Below, piece by piece: positions 1-13,338 of a stretch of 64,000 nt of DNA; positions within the stretch are counted from its first letter, which is position 1; every line of letters starts with the position of its first letter. The notes under the pieces are model-generated. The model was given only the letters and a program-made list of their open reading frames with translations. It searched no databases and was not told where the DNA came from. The DNA is taken from the NCBI GenBank assembly GCA_022605425.2, contig CM061246.1:1488001-1552000 (forward strand), written 5' to 3'. The stretch comes from Hamiltosporidium tvaerminnensis FI-OER-3-3 (taxonomy: Eukaryota; Fungi; Microsporidia). The position numbers and the translations under genes were made by a program.

Positions 1-1806
1 AAATACAAAAAAACTGGTAAACCAAAAGATAATTAAAAAAAAAGAAATATCAAATAACTGCCAAAAATTGAGACTTGAAAAAATTTTTAACTATTTACAA
101 ATAAATTATTTAGACAAATTAAAAATATCTTTAATAAAGGTGGTTTCTAATTCATAGAAATTAATCTCAAATATTTTGAAAACTTTTTTTAGAAGATTTT
201 TTTACTCTTGTGGATCAGCGATTCCATTTTCTGTTATTGCAAAAACTGCTTCTGATTCTGGCAAACAAGGTGAATCATAGATTTTACAAATACGTGTTTC
301 GCCTTTTCCTTTTCTCAAATATAGCCTTGTCGTACTAGCGTGTGCCATGATATTCCCCCCTACTGGTTTTTTAGGATCTGCATTGAACATCGCAGCTGCC
401 CCATCAACACTCGACACTACTTGATTGGTTATTACAACAGCTACCCCAAATTCATCAGCAAGTCTCATAAGCATTCTAAGAAATCTAGCCAAATGAATTT
501 GTCGAGCTCCCAATTCGCCTCTACCACTGAAATCGGTTCTATAAAGAGCAGTCGCAGAATCTACAATTAAAACAGAATAGTTTGATTCCGACATCATTGC
601 AGCAGCTTGAATTAGAAGTTGTGATTGATGATCTGAATTGTAAGCACGTGCGTAGGAAACATTCTCTAAAACCTGTTCTGGATCTAAATTATATCTGGCG
701 GCTATAGAAACCAATCTTTCAGACCTAAATGTACCTTCAGTATCAATATACATGGCTTTACCGGATGATCCACCACTTTCCGTGGGAAGTTGACACGTGA
801 CGGCAATTGTATGACAAATTTGTGTTTTTCCTGTTCTAAATTCACCAAAAATTTCAGTTATTCCTCCGGATTCTATGCCACCATTTAACAATTTATCTAA
901 TTCAGATGATCCTGTGGTTAAATAAATTACTTCTGCTCTCTTTTCATGGAATTTTGTCGCCGACATAAACCCCATGGGAACAAGTTTTGCTGCTTCCTTC
1001 AACAGCTTCTCAGCCTTTACTTCAGAAAATCCTTTCACATTCATCAATGTCTTTTTTGGTGTAAAAGCAAGTGATTCAACTGTATTATAACCCGCCTCAA
1101 TTAGCTTTGCGATATCAGAAGCAGCAATACCCTCTTTTTTAAGTTCTTCGATTGAAATTGGACCGGTTGAGATTTCTACCTCGTTATCATAATTCTCATC
1201 TTCCATGGGATATTTCTGTAAATAAATATTTATCGTTATATTCTGAACTAAATATGTATTTTTACCAAATTTTTTAATAGAAAATATAGAAGAATTAAGA
1301 TTTATTTATTAAAAACAGAATTTGATTTTTCTCGAATTTTATGCTATTCGAACATCATTCCTTATTCTTTGAAAGCAACAACTTTCTACTATGATTGACC
1401 AGCTTTTTTATGAGAGTCTAAATCTGCAAATTATGTAATTTTTATCCAGTATATTTCAATATATGTGACTTTTTATATTTTAATTATTATTCTGCCTGTT
1501 TAATAAAAATTTTTATCTGTCTGTAAATATTTAATATATTATCCAATGTTATTTATAAGCTTCTTCGAATTACACAATCAAAATTTTTTTGTAATAAAGA
1601 AATTTCTGGTTTAATCAACCTGCTAAATTATCCATTTAATTGTTCTGAAACTTTTCGGTAATTTTTTGAAATATAATAGACATTTTATACTGATAATATC
1701 ATAACAAAACAAAATATTGTCTGTAAATAAGTAATTTTTTTATCAATTATATCTTTTACAAATGTTTGTTTACAATTTGTGTGTAGAATATATAAGATAA
1801 TATTAC
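1..1806. repeat. Left arm of inverted segmental duplication (partner ~13339-15145)
   Basis: Reverse complement of ~13339-15145; includes RAD51, ~600 bp upstream and 3' flank; runs off the window start. Confidence 0.95.
202..1206 (-). CDS. RAD51: DNA recombinase Rad51 (copy 1)
   Basis: 334 aa; Walker [34 protein letters not shown]; CCC immediately before ATG. Confidence 0.98.
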   Translation of the reverse strand: MEDENYDNEVEISTGPISIEELKKEGIAASDIAKLIEAGYNTVESLAFTPKKTLMNVKGFSEVKAEKLLKEAAKLVPMGFMSATKFHEKRAEVIYLTTGSSELDKLLNGGIESGGITEIFGEFRTGKTQICHTIAVTCQLPTESGGSSGKAMYIDTEGTFRSERLVSIAARYNLDPEQVLENVSYARAYNSDHQSQLLIQAAAMMSESNYSVLIVDSATALYRTDFSGRGELGARQIHLARFLRMLMRLADEFGVAVVITNQVVSSVDGAAAMFNADPKKPVGGNIMAHASTTRLYLRKGKGETRICKIYDSPCLPESEAVFAITENGIADPQE

Positions 1807-3692
1807 ATAACCAATATGATATAGATATTATTGGTTTTTTCCGGGGCATTAAATCTATATGTGTAATTATGGGTCGTACATCTTGTGAGGCTAGCAGTTA
1901 CGAGCACATTTATATTTAAGCATCGCAAAAGTTTCTTAAATTTTCATAAATTCCCATATCTTTCTTTATAAATATAATAGCCTACAAATCTACCTTACTA
2001 TTTTCTTCCTTTTGCTTTATTTATTGTCATATTTTGAAAAATGAGATTGTATTTTAAAAGCGTCCTTTTAATTCACTAGTGTCCTTCTAGAAGCTTATTC
2101 TGCGTTTGAATTTTATAATTCAAGTAATTTAAAAAATGTTTAATTTCACAATTTATGGTTTTTAAAAATTTCATTATGTTTCATTCACAGTTACGTTTTT
2201 TAGATAACTCGTTTAGAATGTGTATTTAAAAAAACACCTCTTTTAACCATCCTAATTTTTCGTATATCACATCGTTTTTATGGACTTTTTTTAATTCTAG
2301 AAACAGCTCCTATTACCTATCTATCCTATTTTTCCTCAAAAGCCGCAAAATTTTGCATTCTTTATAGTTGTTTCCTATGTATTCAAACTTTAAGTTTAAT
2401 TTTGGGCAAAAATTATGTTGGATGTATTACGATGAATATAAACTTAAACCATTATTCTTTCTTCAAATTTTATTTTTGCTATTTGCTATTTATAGTTTCT
2501 GTGAATATTAATGATACAATTTTTTTTAATCTCTTGATAATAACCTACTAGTAAATAATATACAACAATGTATAAATTATTTTCAAACTTTAATTTTTCA
2601 CCTTACAAATAAAATTAATTTGAATTAAAAACAATGTCGATGATTAAATTTTCAAAGCATAAAAAAAATTTGCATGCTAGATTAAAAACCGCAAAGTATT
2701 TGCTAAATATAACAAAGAAGCAGAGAAAGTGCAACGATAAAAAAAAAGATTCAACTTAAAAAAAGATTATCCGCATTTTCTTGGCCGTTCAAGTCTAATA
2801 AAAATATTATGTATTTAAATCCCCCCAGATTCTTTATGTTTTTTAAAATAAGGTTGTTATATACAATGAAATGACTAAAGAAATGGCTTCCGTTGGATAT
2901 TAATAAAATATAACTTCTAGAAAATACATTAGACAATATTAAAAGTATGTAAATTGAGTAAAAGATCGAGTTTTAAGAATCGAATCAGCTGGTATAGACC
3001 AATAATATCATTCTGATGTATTATATGAGCTCGAAAAAACCGCAGAACAAAATGATGGTAGTTATAATTTATCATGTAATTAGCATTTAAACAAAATACT
3101 TCGGATTTTTTGATAAAGAGAATATTTTCTCAAATAATTAACTTTCTTGGGATTCCTGTTTTTTAATTTACTAATCTGATTTAATACAACGTGATAACGC
3201 TTGTAGGCCAAAAATACATTATTAAAACGTCCTTGACTGGCGTTTGTATCAAGGTTATACATCAAAGATCATGCGATTCCAAATTTAAAGTCAGTTATGG
3301 CCATAATATTGGTTATAAAGCGATGGATGGAAACGAAATTGTCATAAAGAACCTCAAAATGATATATTTAGCATCTTGAAGATGTTTTTGGATATACAAC
3401 TGAAAGTTTTATGCTACAACGAATAAATTTCCATCTATGAGTCTCTCGGATTATGAGGTATTGCAATTAACCTTTAAGGTGCATAATAAGTTGAAATGAA
3501 ACAGGTAAATCGTTCTTTCTATTAAAAGAAGCTCTGCTGTAGCTATTTTTTAGCTCGTTCCTTTCGCTACGGATGGAACACAATCTACGATGGAATTAAG
3601 CAGCGCCAGTTTATAGGCTTCTCACTGACATTTTTATTTGGATTAGTTAGTTTGTCATTTTAATGCAAACTATCTTGTACAAAGATTAAGAG

Positions 3693-3762
3693 TGCCATAA
3701 GCGGGTACCAAACCCGCCACTTCAAAACTAAATTCCGATATCCTTACTGCTAGACCATTGGC
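3693..3762 (-). pseudogene. Degenerate tRNA-like sequence (pseudo-tRNA or tRNA-SINE head)
   Basis: Minus strand TGGTCTAGCAGTAAGGAT (D-arm/A-box like), TCGGA-ATTTAGT-TTTGA anticodon arm, GCGGG-TTTGGTA-CCCGC T-arm; acceptor stem broken. Confidence 0.45.
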
Positions 3763-4215
3763 TCCGCTGAAGCTATTACAGCTTGTAATACGGATGCTAC
3801 ACTGTTGAGGCCAGAGTTTTTTGCTTGTGAATAACAAATAAATAAAATAGGAAAAAGCCAGACTACTAAAATAAATGAAAATATCGCGAACTTAGGAATG
3901 TTGCTAATGAGATTGATATGTTTTTGCAGATCATAAATAAAGAATCATATTGAACGATAATTCAAATAGAGACCAAGGAAATTTGTATATGCGAGATCAT
4001 TTTCGATAAAGAAAGAACTCAACATGTATAAAAAAATGCCCAGACATTGATTGATTCTCCTAAAAATAATTCATTTACAAAAGTGAAGGTGATAAAAAAA
4101 TATTTGCGGAATTGGAATACAGCATATGTAGATTTAATATGTTTGGTCTATATATAAAAATTTAGAACCTTTTTATTGTTGAAATATTAAAAATATTCCT
4201 TTTTTTATCAAGAGT

Positions 4216-6370
4216 AGTGGAGGAAGGATAACTACACAAAAAACTTTCTGCTTAGAAATGTGTCTGTGAAACTGGTATTGGGGATCATTGTTTGGATTTT
4301 TGGTTGGAATAAAACTACACTACATCTTCGGTTGTTCCATAGGAGTTTGTATGAGAAAGAGAGGTCTACGAAATAGCAAAACTTTTTCTACAAATTTATT
4401 TGTAGTTTTTTATAGGGTTTTTCGATCAATATAATAATCCTTGCAATCAATATCATAATTTTTCGATCAATTTCATAATCCTTGCAATCTATATAATAAT
4501 TTTTCGATTAATATCATAATCCTTGCAATTAATATCATAATCTTTGCAATCAATAAAATAATCATTTTTAAAAACTAAAATTATAAATAGTACTTGAGAT
4601 TTATTATTCAAGAATCACGTGCCCCACTTTAGCCTTTTGCAAATACCCTAACATTTTAGGGTAAAAAGAACTACAATGTTCTCCCATGATCTCATCTAAT
4701 TTTTTCACAAATTAATATTCTCAACTGAGGCTCAGTACAAGCACCATCTCGAATTACTTTATTTTTCCAGACTGAGTAATACATTCTAAATTGTATTAAG
4801 AAATGGAGAGTAAGGTGGAAGATATTTTATTTGATACGAAGCAATTTCCTCATCATGATTCAATCCACGATAATGATGAATTCTCCATTTGTTTATTCAA
4901 ATATAGGATTCAAAGTTCCTTGCCGTTGACAACTTTCATTAATCTCCTTAATAAATAATTTGAAATCCTCACTATTTACGGCCCTCTCATGAATCTTATA
5001 CCATATCATACCATATTTGCTCATTGCTGCGATTACTGAAATATTTCTACTTCGGGTTTTAGTTAAAGATAATTATGCAGATTAACCTCTCAGATTATGA
5101 CCTCTAATAGGGCGTGTTACTACCGCAAAACCAACTTCATCTAAAAAGACAAAGTTTTTGTCATCGTTATCAACCTCCAACTCACGAAAACTAGTTGCGT
5201 AATTGGTTATTAGCTCAAAGTTCGAAAATTAATTTCTACGTATAGGCACTAATGTTACATGATTTAGAGTGTAATGGAACTCCCTTAGTGCGCGATCAAT
5301 TGTACTAGTTGACACATCAACATTAAATTTGGATTTGACCCATTCTGCCAACTCATACAAGGTTTTTGTACACTCCAAATCAACATAGGTTTGTAAGCTC
5401 TCTTTTATTTCCAAAGTTAAATTAGAGCGCCTATCACAATCTCTTTTCAATTATGCGTTCCCGATCATTATGGGAAACTTTTTGTTTCCTCAGAGTTGGA
5501 ATGGTGGTTAGTGGGAGATTTTCATCATGTGATCCCGATGTTTCCACAAGACACTTCAAAAAATTGTCCTTTTCGCACTCTATACATTCCGATGTTTCAC
5601 TCATGAAAATCCTATTTGTTCTCGTTGGTATTTTTACCTGAAAAAGTTTTTGACATATGAGTTAATTTTATAATGAATGAATTATTTTTTAAATTTTTAT
5701 TTTTTAAAAATAATTATTATATTGATTGCAAGGATTATTTTATTAATTGCAAAGATTATTAGATTGATTGCAAGGATTATGATATTGATCGAAAAATTAT
5801 TATATTGATTGCGAGGATTATTATATTGATCGAAAAACCCTATATGAAACAAGATTGTAGACCTCAGCTAAAATTTTAGGCAATTACCATATAAAAACAT
5901 GAAAACTAGCCTAGTTCACTCGAGTTAGAAGACTTAGCGCCTGGGAGATATAAAACAAAAAAAACCATTTAAAGCCAGGAGAGCTAAGTAGCAGGCTATA
6001 CCTGTTGGTATCACATTGCACTGTCTAGGTGGGCCCCATGTAAATCTCTGAAATATATCTTAGCTAGAATTTTTTTGTTCAGAAAGTTTAGAGTAAGTGG
6101 GAAAGCTGCTTAGTCATGGGTAGCCCGGGGAGGGCTTCAGTCTTCGATCACACTCCATGCAACGAACAATAACGAACATCGGCAACTGTCTTGCCTATTA
6201 ATTAGGTTCTAAACACCTGGTAGATGAAAGACTTTGGATATAGGTATCACAGGGGATACTGATGGGGTGCTGAGGCAGCAGTTATTATTTTTAAACCTAG
6301 AACTGTGTTAATGTCATGAAAACAAATATAACACTTGCCACAATTTTAAAAAGATGTAAATTTTTAAATA
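4216..6370 (+). mobile_element. ~730-bp structured non-coding retroposon, copy A (interrupted by Tc1-like element)
   Basis: 4216-4412 plus 5845-6370 colinear with 47896-48625; flanking AAGAGT duplication at 4210-4215 and 6371-6376. Confidence 0.9.
4413..5842 (-). mobile_element. IS630/Tc1/mariner-type DNA transposon with decayed transposase
   Basis: TA|TAGGGTTTTTCG...CGAAAAACCCTA|TA; ~150-170 bp TIRs; minus-strand fragments TLYELAEWVKSKFNVDVSTSTIDRAL (HTH), FVFLDEVGF, YLPPYSPFLN with stops and frameshifts. Confidence 0.92.
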
Positions 6371-6953
6371 AAGAGTTACCAAAGGTATTAAACGCAATGT
6401 TTCGAATAAGAAGTAACTAAGTTTGTGTTTCACATGTAAATCTCAATCACTTGAAAAAATTTAAATTATTTGTTAAACTATCTATTAACTTATATATTGT
6501 GATGCAAATACCCTGTATTTAATGTATATAGATTTTTAATTGCACAGCAAAAAAACATTAGGCACCTAAATCTGTTTTCGGAAAATTTTAAACAGAAATT
6601 GAAAATAAGCTACAAAATATCTCGATCTACTTTTAATCTTATTATTTAAACAAAATTAATGCATTATTTTGTTCTGTAATATGTATCTGAATACTTTAAT
6701 TGAAAATACAATTGTTTATAAATTGATTGGCTCAATTGAAATAGTTTTACAAGTTAATCGTTTAAAAAAAATTTCACGTTTAATTTGACTGTCGAAATAT
6801 AGGAAAATATTTTTAAGGAATAAATATTATTTGGTTTTAAAAGTTTAATAGCAATTTTTTTCAAGTCAAGACGCGGCAAAATATTTAAATTAAACTATTT
6901 TTTTACAAAAAAATCCACCTTTGCTAAAAAAAATTTGAATGAAACTTTTTAAA

Positions 6954-8459
6954 TTAGCAGAACAATGATTTTATATTTTGTGCTAATTTCATGCCTAATT
7001 TCTTTCCATTTACAACAAAATCCTTTGCTTCATTTATAAATGAATCTTGAGCAATGAAATACATGAATTTTGAAAACGAAAGATATTTTTCACTGAAAAA
7101 TTTTGCCTTTTCATGATTTATACCATTTACTGAAAGCAAGGAAGAATATAGAATGTTTTCTATTTTTACGTTTTTTGTTTTTATGCTTCTATCGGCAAAA
7201 TCATCGTAGTTAATAAGGGAACTTCTCTTTTCAAGTGTAAAATCATATTTTTCTCTGCGTAAATTTAAATCAGCTTCTCCTTCAATTGCATTTAGAGATT
7301 TATCTTGCGTATTTATACATTCGACCCGAAGCTCCTTGTCAATACTTTCGAGAAATATAACCGTCTCGTCGATATTTTCTGTCTCTATAACAATTAAACC
7401 TTCATATTTTGTAAAAGAAAGATTTGAAAGTGCAAACTCTATGCCAATATTAAGCATTTGTTGCCTTTTCAACCCTTCTACCAAATAAATAATGTTTTTT
7501 ATGCCGCTCATAATCAATCTGTGTTTTTGTTCTTTAAATCTGCCATCAAAAAGTGATGAGCAAAAATCCGCACCTTTTTTTCTTTCAATTATATATCTCA
7601 AAATTTTTTCATCAAAAGATGATTTCTTTATCCACAAAAAATCCCCTACTTCTAAATTTCTTGTTTGTACTTTGATATTTAGATTTTCAAATCTTCTTTG
7701 AAAATAATTTCTGTCTTTTTTATTTTTCATCTCACGAGAATCGATAATTAAAGTTATTTCTTCGTTTGTTGTCAATATAAGTGAGTTTTCTGTAAACAGT
7801 TGATCGCATAATGATTTGCCACAATTAGTTAAAAAATACTTAGTCGGATTCTTCTCCTTCAAAATTAAATTTTTATTCAATAAAGTCTTCATGGAAGACC
7901 AAGCAGAGTATCTTGCCGTGCAATCAAATTCTGAATCACAATATTTTTGTGCCCTTAAAATAATTTTTCGTTTCGAAATACCATCTTCTTTGTTTAGTAC
8001 TTTTAGAATAGCATATCCACCCGTTCTATAATTAGGTATATAATTAAAATTGTTTATCTGATGATGATTTTCGTCCAAGTTTACATTCTCTTCTTTAATA
8101 CTAAGAATATCAATATTACTGATGTTTTCTTTGTTTACCTTTGTATTTGAATTACAATGAATTTTTTTTATAAAATCCTCATCAATAAAGTTAGAATATT
8201 TTGTTAAAATACTGTTTTTTTCATCACATTCATTTTTATATTCGTCAGCTATTTTATTTTCAAGCATTCTTTTCAATTTAATAAATGTTTTTGAACCAAT
8301 ATTTTTAATTTGTTTCACATTACTTAGTGCCGTTATTGAATCCAGTTCAGAGATATTGTTTAATATTTTTTTGTAATTGAAATGACTACCAATGTTTTTG
8401 TTTTTAGAATATTTATAGAGTTCTTGGATTTTGGTTAAAAAAAAGTTTTTTAAATCCAT
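6954..8459 (-). CDS. MUS81: Crossover junction endonuclease Mus81
   Basis: N-terminal HhH, winged helix (YIPNYRTGGYAIL..SAWSSMKTL), ERCC4 nuclease (IIDSRE, VGDFLW, IERK); start moved to ATG 8459 after a CCC motif. Confidence 0.93.
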   Translation of the reverse strand: MDLKNFFLTKIQELYKYSKNKNIGSHFNYKKILNNISELDSITALSNVKQIKNIGSKTFIKLKRMLENKIADEYKNECDEKNSILTKYSNFIDEDFIKKIHCNSNTKVNKENISNIDILSIKEENVNLDENHHQINNFNYIPNYRTGGYAILKVLNKEDGISKRKIILRAQKYCDSEFDCTARYSAWSSMKTLLNKNLILKEKNPTKYFLTNCGKSLCDQLFTENSLILTTNEEITLIIDSREMKNKKDRNYFQRRFENLNIKVQTRNLEVGDFLWIKKSSFDEKILRYIIERKKGADFCSSLFDGRFKEQKHRLIMSGIKNIIYLVEGLKRQQMLNIGIEFALSNLSFTKYEGLIVIETENIDETVIFLESIDKELRVECINTQDKSLNAIEGEADLNLRREKYDFTLEKRSSLINYDDFADRSIKTKNVKIENILYSSLLSVNGINHEKAKFFSEKYLSFSKFMYFIAQDSFINEAKDFVVNGKKLGMKLAQNIKSLFC

Positions 8460-9472
8460 ATTTCTAGGGCTCAAAAAATCCGTGTATATTTAATTCAATT
8501 GTATTTTTACTTAAATTCCTTTTAATAAAAATTTGTAGGTGATTCAAGCCAAACGAATGCATTTGGTACCCTAATTTTTTGTTAATTGAAAATAATTGTA
8601 TTTCCTTTTGAAAAGAATATCAGACAACTTTTTTGCTACCTTCGAATAAAATTAAGAACTAAAAAAATCCAAAGGTATTTGATGTCAAGTGATATCAGAA
8701 ATATACATAAATGATATATATATTTGCTTTAATATTGAATATAATAGGATTGTATTTTTGTTTTTACTGAATTTTAAAGTAAATGGTCTCTTTTACAATT
8801 TTTTCAATCAATAGTTTTCTTTATAACTCGAAACAATTAAGAAGATTAATATTATATGAAACAACGCGCTCGATAATTTTGTTTATCTCTCAATAATTAT
8901 TCTTTAGAGTTTATTTACTTACGGAAATTTTAAATTATTTGTATTTGAAATGCTCAAATTATATTTCATTAATAAGTTTTGTTTTTTTAATATGGATTTA
9001 GTCTAATTCCAATAACTCTGTATTAAGAGATTATTTGATATTTTTATAAAAACGAACAATTATTTTACATTTTAGATCTGAATTATTACTTTTTAATATT
9101 TTTTAAGCCCAATACCTGGATTGAAAAATCACTTCGTCAATTCCTACACACTACTTTTTATTCTTCATATTTTTGCATTCGGATTATTATACATTTTTAT
9201 ATTCTATCACTTTCCAACATTTTTAGATCACCTAATACCCTTTCATATATTTCTCTTTAAATCTTAAATGCTTTTAAATGAATTGTAATTTTTTTAAAGT
9301 TAATAGAATCCATGTTAAAAATGCATATAAAGTAAAGAATCACGATTCAATCTAAAAACTTCAAGTTAAACTTACAAATAATTTAACCTTATAAAAACCA
9401 GTAAAAATTCATTTTTAAACCAAAATAAAATTTAAATACGCTAATTATTTAATGGTAAAGAGGTTTATCATT

Positions 9473-11112
9473 TTTCTTTAATAAAATTCTGGGTTGCCAA
9501 ATTTTTTTCACTATTAAATTATTCTTTCCACCATTTTAACCCTTTCTATTTCTTGCTCCAACTCCAACTCTTCATTTGTATTACATGTTGGTTCCTTTGC
9601 TGTAGTTTGCCATTCAAAATAAGAAATAAAATATTTTTTGTATTTTCCGTTTTAATATCATATTACTCGTCGTCTACTTGCTTTAAAGAGTATGTTGGTT
9701 TTTTATGCATCTCAACCCCCAACATAACACTTAATGATGCTCTCTTCGGTATCTGGTCCAGACTCAAGTCTTCTTCGTCGATCGAAAGAAATCCTTTCGA
9801 CTGTATTCTTGAGTGATATGGATTGTATATATGCCTCACCATCCATGGGTATTTGCAGTCTGTTAACATACGTCTTATGGTATTTTGTCACAATACCGTA
9901 TCAGGTCATCCCATAAGGAATTATTTCTACACTGTATTTATAAATAAGACCTAACTCATTTGCAAATAAGTCATACTTCCTAAGCTTCTCTCTTTCAACT
10001 ATTTGATGAGTGTCTTGAGATGTGATTAGTACTTCAATGAGGGTTATCTTATTCTTCTTCTTATCTAAAATAAATATGTCGGGTCTGTTATTCCGAATTT
10101 TATACATCAGTTTTTATTCTGGGGTCCAGTCTTACCTCTGCATACTCGTTATCAAGAATTTCTTGAACTGAGTGACTCCTAATTCGTTTTGAAGACTTGA
10201 ACTTATATCTATTTAGGAGAAGTAGGTGTAGGCATCTAACCCCTTCATTATGGCGTCTAGTGTAATCATGGCCTAGCATTTTTTCACATCTAGTTGCTAG
10301 ATGATCTACAGTCTTACCAGACTTCCCCCAATGTTGACACACACCATCTGCTCCCCAGAATACATTTCTATCCTGGATATAGCAAAACACAGCTTCATTT
10401 CGTGGCCTAATATGTCCTCTCTTTAGCCATCTTTAAGAGCCACTAACACTCACAAGCTCATTTTTTCTTGCATTATATAACTTTGAATGGAGTTTTCGTT
10501 TTTCTATCTCGTTATATAGTTTTGCAAGTTGAGCTTCTTCGAAACTTTTCTTAGTGACTTCTTCTACCAACCTGTACTTTACTTTTAAGAAGCCTTTTAT
10601 TAGCGCAAGATGGGTTTTATTATTCTTCTCCACCTTGAGGATTGCTGCTCGTCTAGTTGATATTTCTTTACTTTTTTCAAGACAATCCAAGAGTTTCAAA
10701 AGCATATGTTCGATTTTTAACTTGACAATATGTAAACCTCTTCCAAGTTCTTTACGTGAAAGTATAGGCGTTTTTTACATCCTAGGCATAGATGAATTTT
10801 GTTCTTCACCAACACCGCACCCACTGCATCATCTAACTTAGAGAAGTCAGCCGGTTCAAGTCGAAGTACTCCTACGTGATAGTTGATTAACGATTGCGCA
10901 TGTTGATTAATTGCAGAAAATAATTTTTTTGCGTTTAATCTAGTGTGATAAAGTCTTCAAACTCTTGATATAAGTTGGTTTGTACTTCTTCAAATGATCT
11001 ACGTGTTGGGATTCCTCTGCTATCTTCTATTATCCCTAAATATATGTAAACACTAACACCTTCTACTAGAATAGCAGATTCTTCATAATACAGATCATTT
11101 GTGGCAAACTTT
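9473..11112 (-). mobile_element. 5'-truncated RLE-type (R4-like) non-LTR retrotransposon, decayed
   Basis: Fragments with YLGI, zinc-knuckle remnant, RHNE, RPDIFILD..IEV..K..KY; homologous to ~38650-40300; 13/14 duplication AGAG[G/A]TTTATCATT at 9459-9472 and 11113-11126. Confidence 0.9.
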
Positions 11113-11599
11113 AGAGATTTATCATTAAATGTAATATTTTTTATTCGAAACAAGGTGGAGAGAGATACCAATATTAAAAACTATTTGGTTAGCAATGAGT
11201 ATATGAAATTGTTGTGAAAATCATTGTTGAAATTTTGGTGGGATCTAAATAACATCGGATCTAAAGGCCAATACTCTATGATCCTCGTGACAATAGATTA
11301 AACGAAGCAATTGGTATATTTACAGTTGTTCCCTCTCGACACCGAGAGGTAAAAGAGGAATGAAATAAGTAGGAAGTATTTATAGACAGTGTAAACTAGT
11401 TGTTTACATAGGGTGTTATTGATTTCATGGTTATTTTAAATAAAATATAAAAGAGGTCGTTATTAGAGAGTGTAGTGGTTTCAATGGGGCTAGTAAAGTA
11501 CAGATGGAATTAAAGGGGTGTTATTTGCTTTTTAATATCAATAATTATCCTTTCTTCTTTTTAAAAATAAAAATAATTAGCCAGTTACCACATGTGAGA

Positions 11600-11860
11600 G
11601 TTATGCCTATCAAATGAAGAAATATTGATTAATTTAAAACAAAGGAATCAATAAAGAGGTGTTACAAATTTTGGAAAGACCAGAATACCGAGAACTAAGA
11701 CTGGAAGCTAATAAAATTACACTGTCCGAGGCCGCTCAAATGAAACAGAGGAGCAACGAGAACTAGGATCAGAAGCCAATCCATTACAAATTCCTCTGAT
11801 CCTATTAAATGAAACGAAAGAACAGCTGAAAGCAATACTGAAACCTAATTAAGTGAGTGA
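11600..11860 (+). mobile_element. Helitron N-terminal repeat remnant
   Basis: Degenerate translation ERPEYRELRLEAN..SNETEEQRELGSEAN..LNETKEQ resembles the tandem repeats at Helitron RepHel N-termini. Confidence 0.45.
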
Positions 11861-11934
11861 TGTTGGACCCAAACAAACAACACACGCTAGTTATAAATAA
11901 AATATTATGTATATTTATCGACTCAGAGCGATAT

Positions 11935-12168
11935 GGTTTTATCTTGGGCACTGCAGCCTTATACAAGCCTTGACCTCTTTCATTAATAACGCCCACCGGT
12001 CTTTCTCCTGTGAGTTTGTTATATTTTCAAGTTTTGTAACACGATTGTTTTGAAAGGTGGGTAGTTAGCCTTATGCCCGACCCTACCCTTGAAAACAAGT
12101 CCCTTCTAGCCGCTCTTTACGACAAGCAGGAAATAATCCAAGCCAATTTTGCTGCCGGCATGGTGGGG
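11935..12168 (-). mobile_element. Bipartite RTE-derived SINE, copy 1
   Basis: Homologous to 20678-20914; RTE-like 5' motif CTGCTTGTCGTAAAGAGCGGCT and 3' end; candidate TSD AGCGATAT 11927-11934 and 12173-12180. Confidence 0.75.
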
Positions 12169-13338
12169 ATATAGCGATATTATACATAAAAAAATTTAGA
12201 AATAGGAAAACATGACAGATATACCTTCTATGAACACAAGGTTTGTTTCGGAGCTTTCGATATTTGTAGTTTTCAATCACTATGAATTTTACTATATCCA
12301 AGTAAATACCATTAAGAATAAAACATGCTTAGATTTAAAAAAAGAAATTTTCACTTAAATGAAGAAAATATGACAGTTTAACACACATTAGTGATTAGCA
12401 AGCCTATAATAGTGAAAAATATGTTGAAAAACACGTAGATCTTTGTTATTTAAAGCAGATTTCTTAGAAAATTTTATTAAATTTCTTGGAAATTAATTAT
12501 ATTAAAAAAACATTCTGATGAATTCTAAGCGCAATATCGCCGAATAGCATGTATATAGGTTTGAAAAGACAGGGAACGAGCGTTTTTGGATTTTAAAAAT
12601 GGATTAACTCGTATTGGGCAGGATTAATCTTTTACGATCAAAATATAATGATTATAAGTTTGTGTAAATATAAAATCACTGAGCACTTTCGAACTTGAAT
12701 TTCGAGGTAGAACTAGGATTTTGTCATTATTAGGTAAGTTTTAACCTAGAAAACAATTAGATTTATATAGAACTCCTAAAATCGGGCAAATAATGTAGAC
12801 TTATAGTTTTGATTATAAAATGCTTAATTTAAAGTATAAATTTGACTCAAACGCCTAAAAATGGCACAACCCAAACAAAAATATTCTAATAAAAAAAATG
12901 AAACACGAAAAACAATCTTGTTTACCTAACAATATTATCAAAGTATTTGATATATGCGATTCTTCGAAATGACATAAAAAAAATAAGCATTACTAACGGT
13001 CTGACTTCTTTTATATTCATTCTATAAATATATTTTAAAATGTGATTTAGATCTTTCAGCTTTTAAATAATTAAAAATCAAGAAAACGTGGCAGACTTTA
13101 ACAAACAGGAATATTATCACTATGCCGAACACCAGAAAAGGAATCCTAGACCACACATATGTACTTTTAAAAACAATATTAATTTGTATTTTGATAACGA
13201 AAAAAAGGACATATATTTATTTAAATGATCAAAATGAAAGTATAGAGTTAAACCCAAAACATATTATAAATAATCTTTTGATTTTTATTTAAACTGTCCA
13301 TAAACACATTAAAAAATAGAAATAAATACACTCATTTT

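Noticed and set aside
340-570. Antisense or overlapping ORFs inside RAD51, MUS81, E2F, PP1 and the LINEs
   Set aside because: Shadow frames of real genes
4420-4560. CRISPR-like array
   Set aside because: Repeats are contiguous without unique spacers and mirror the other TIR; no cas genes; eukaryotic context
12153-12168. CCGGCATGGT resembling the start of the HDV genomic ribozyme
   Set aside because: Antisense to the SINE and not followed by HDV P3/L3; coincidental
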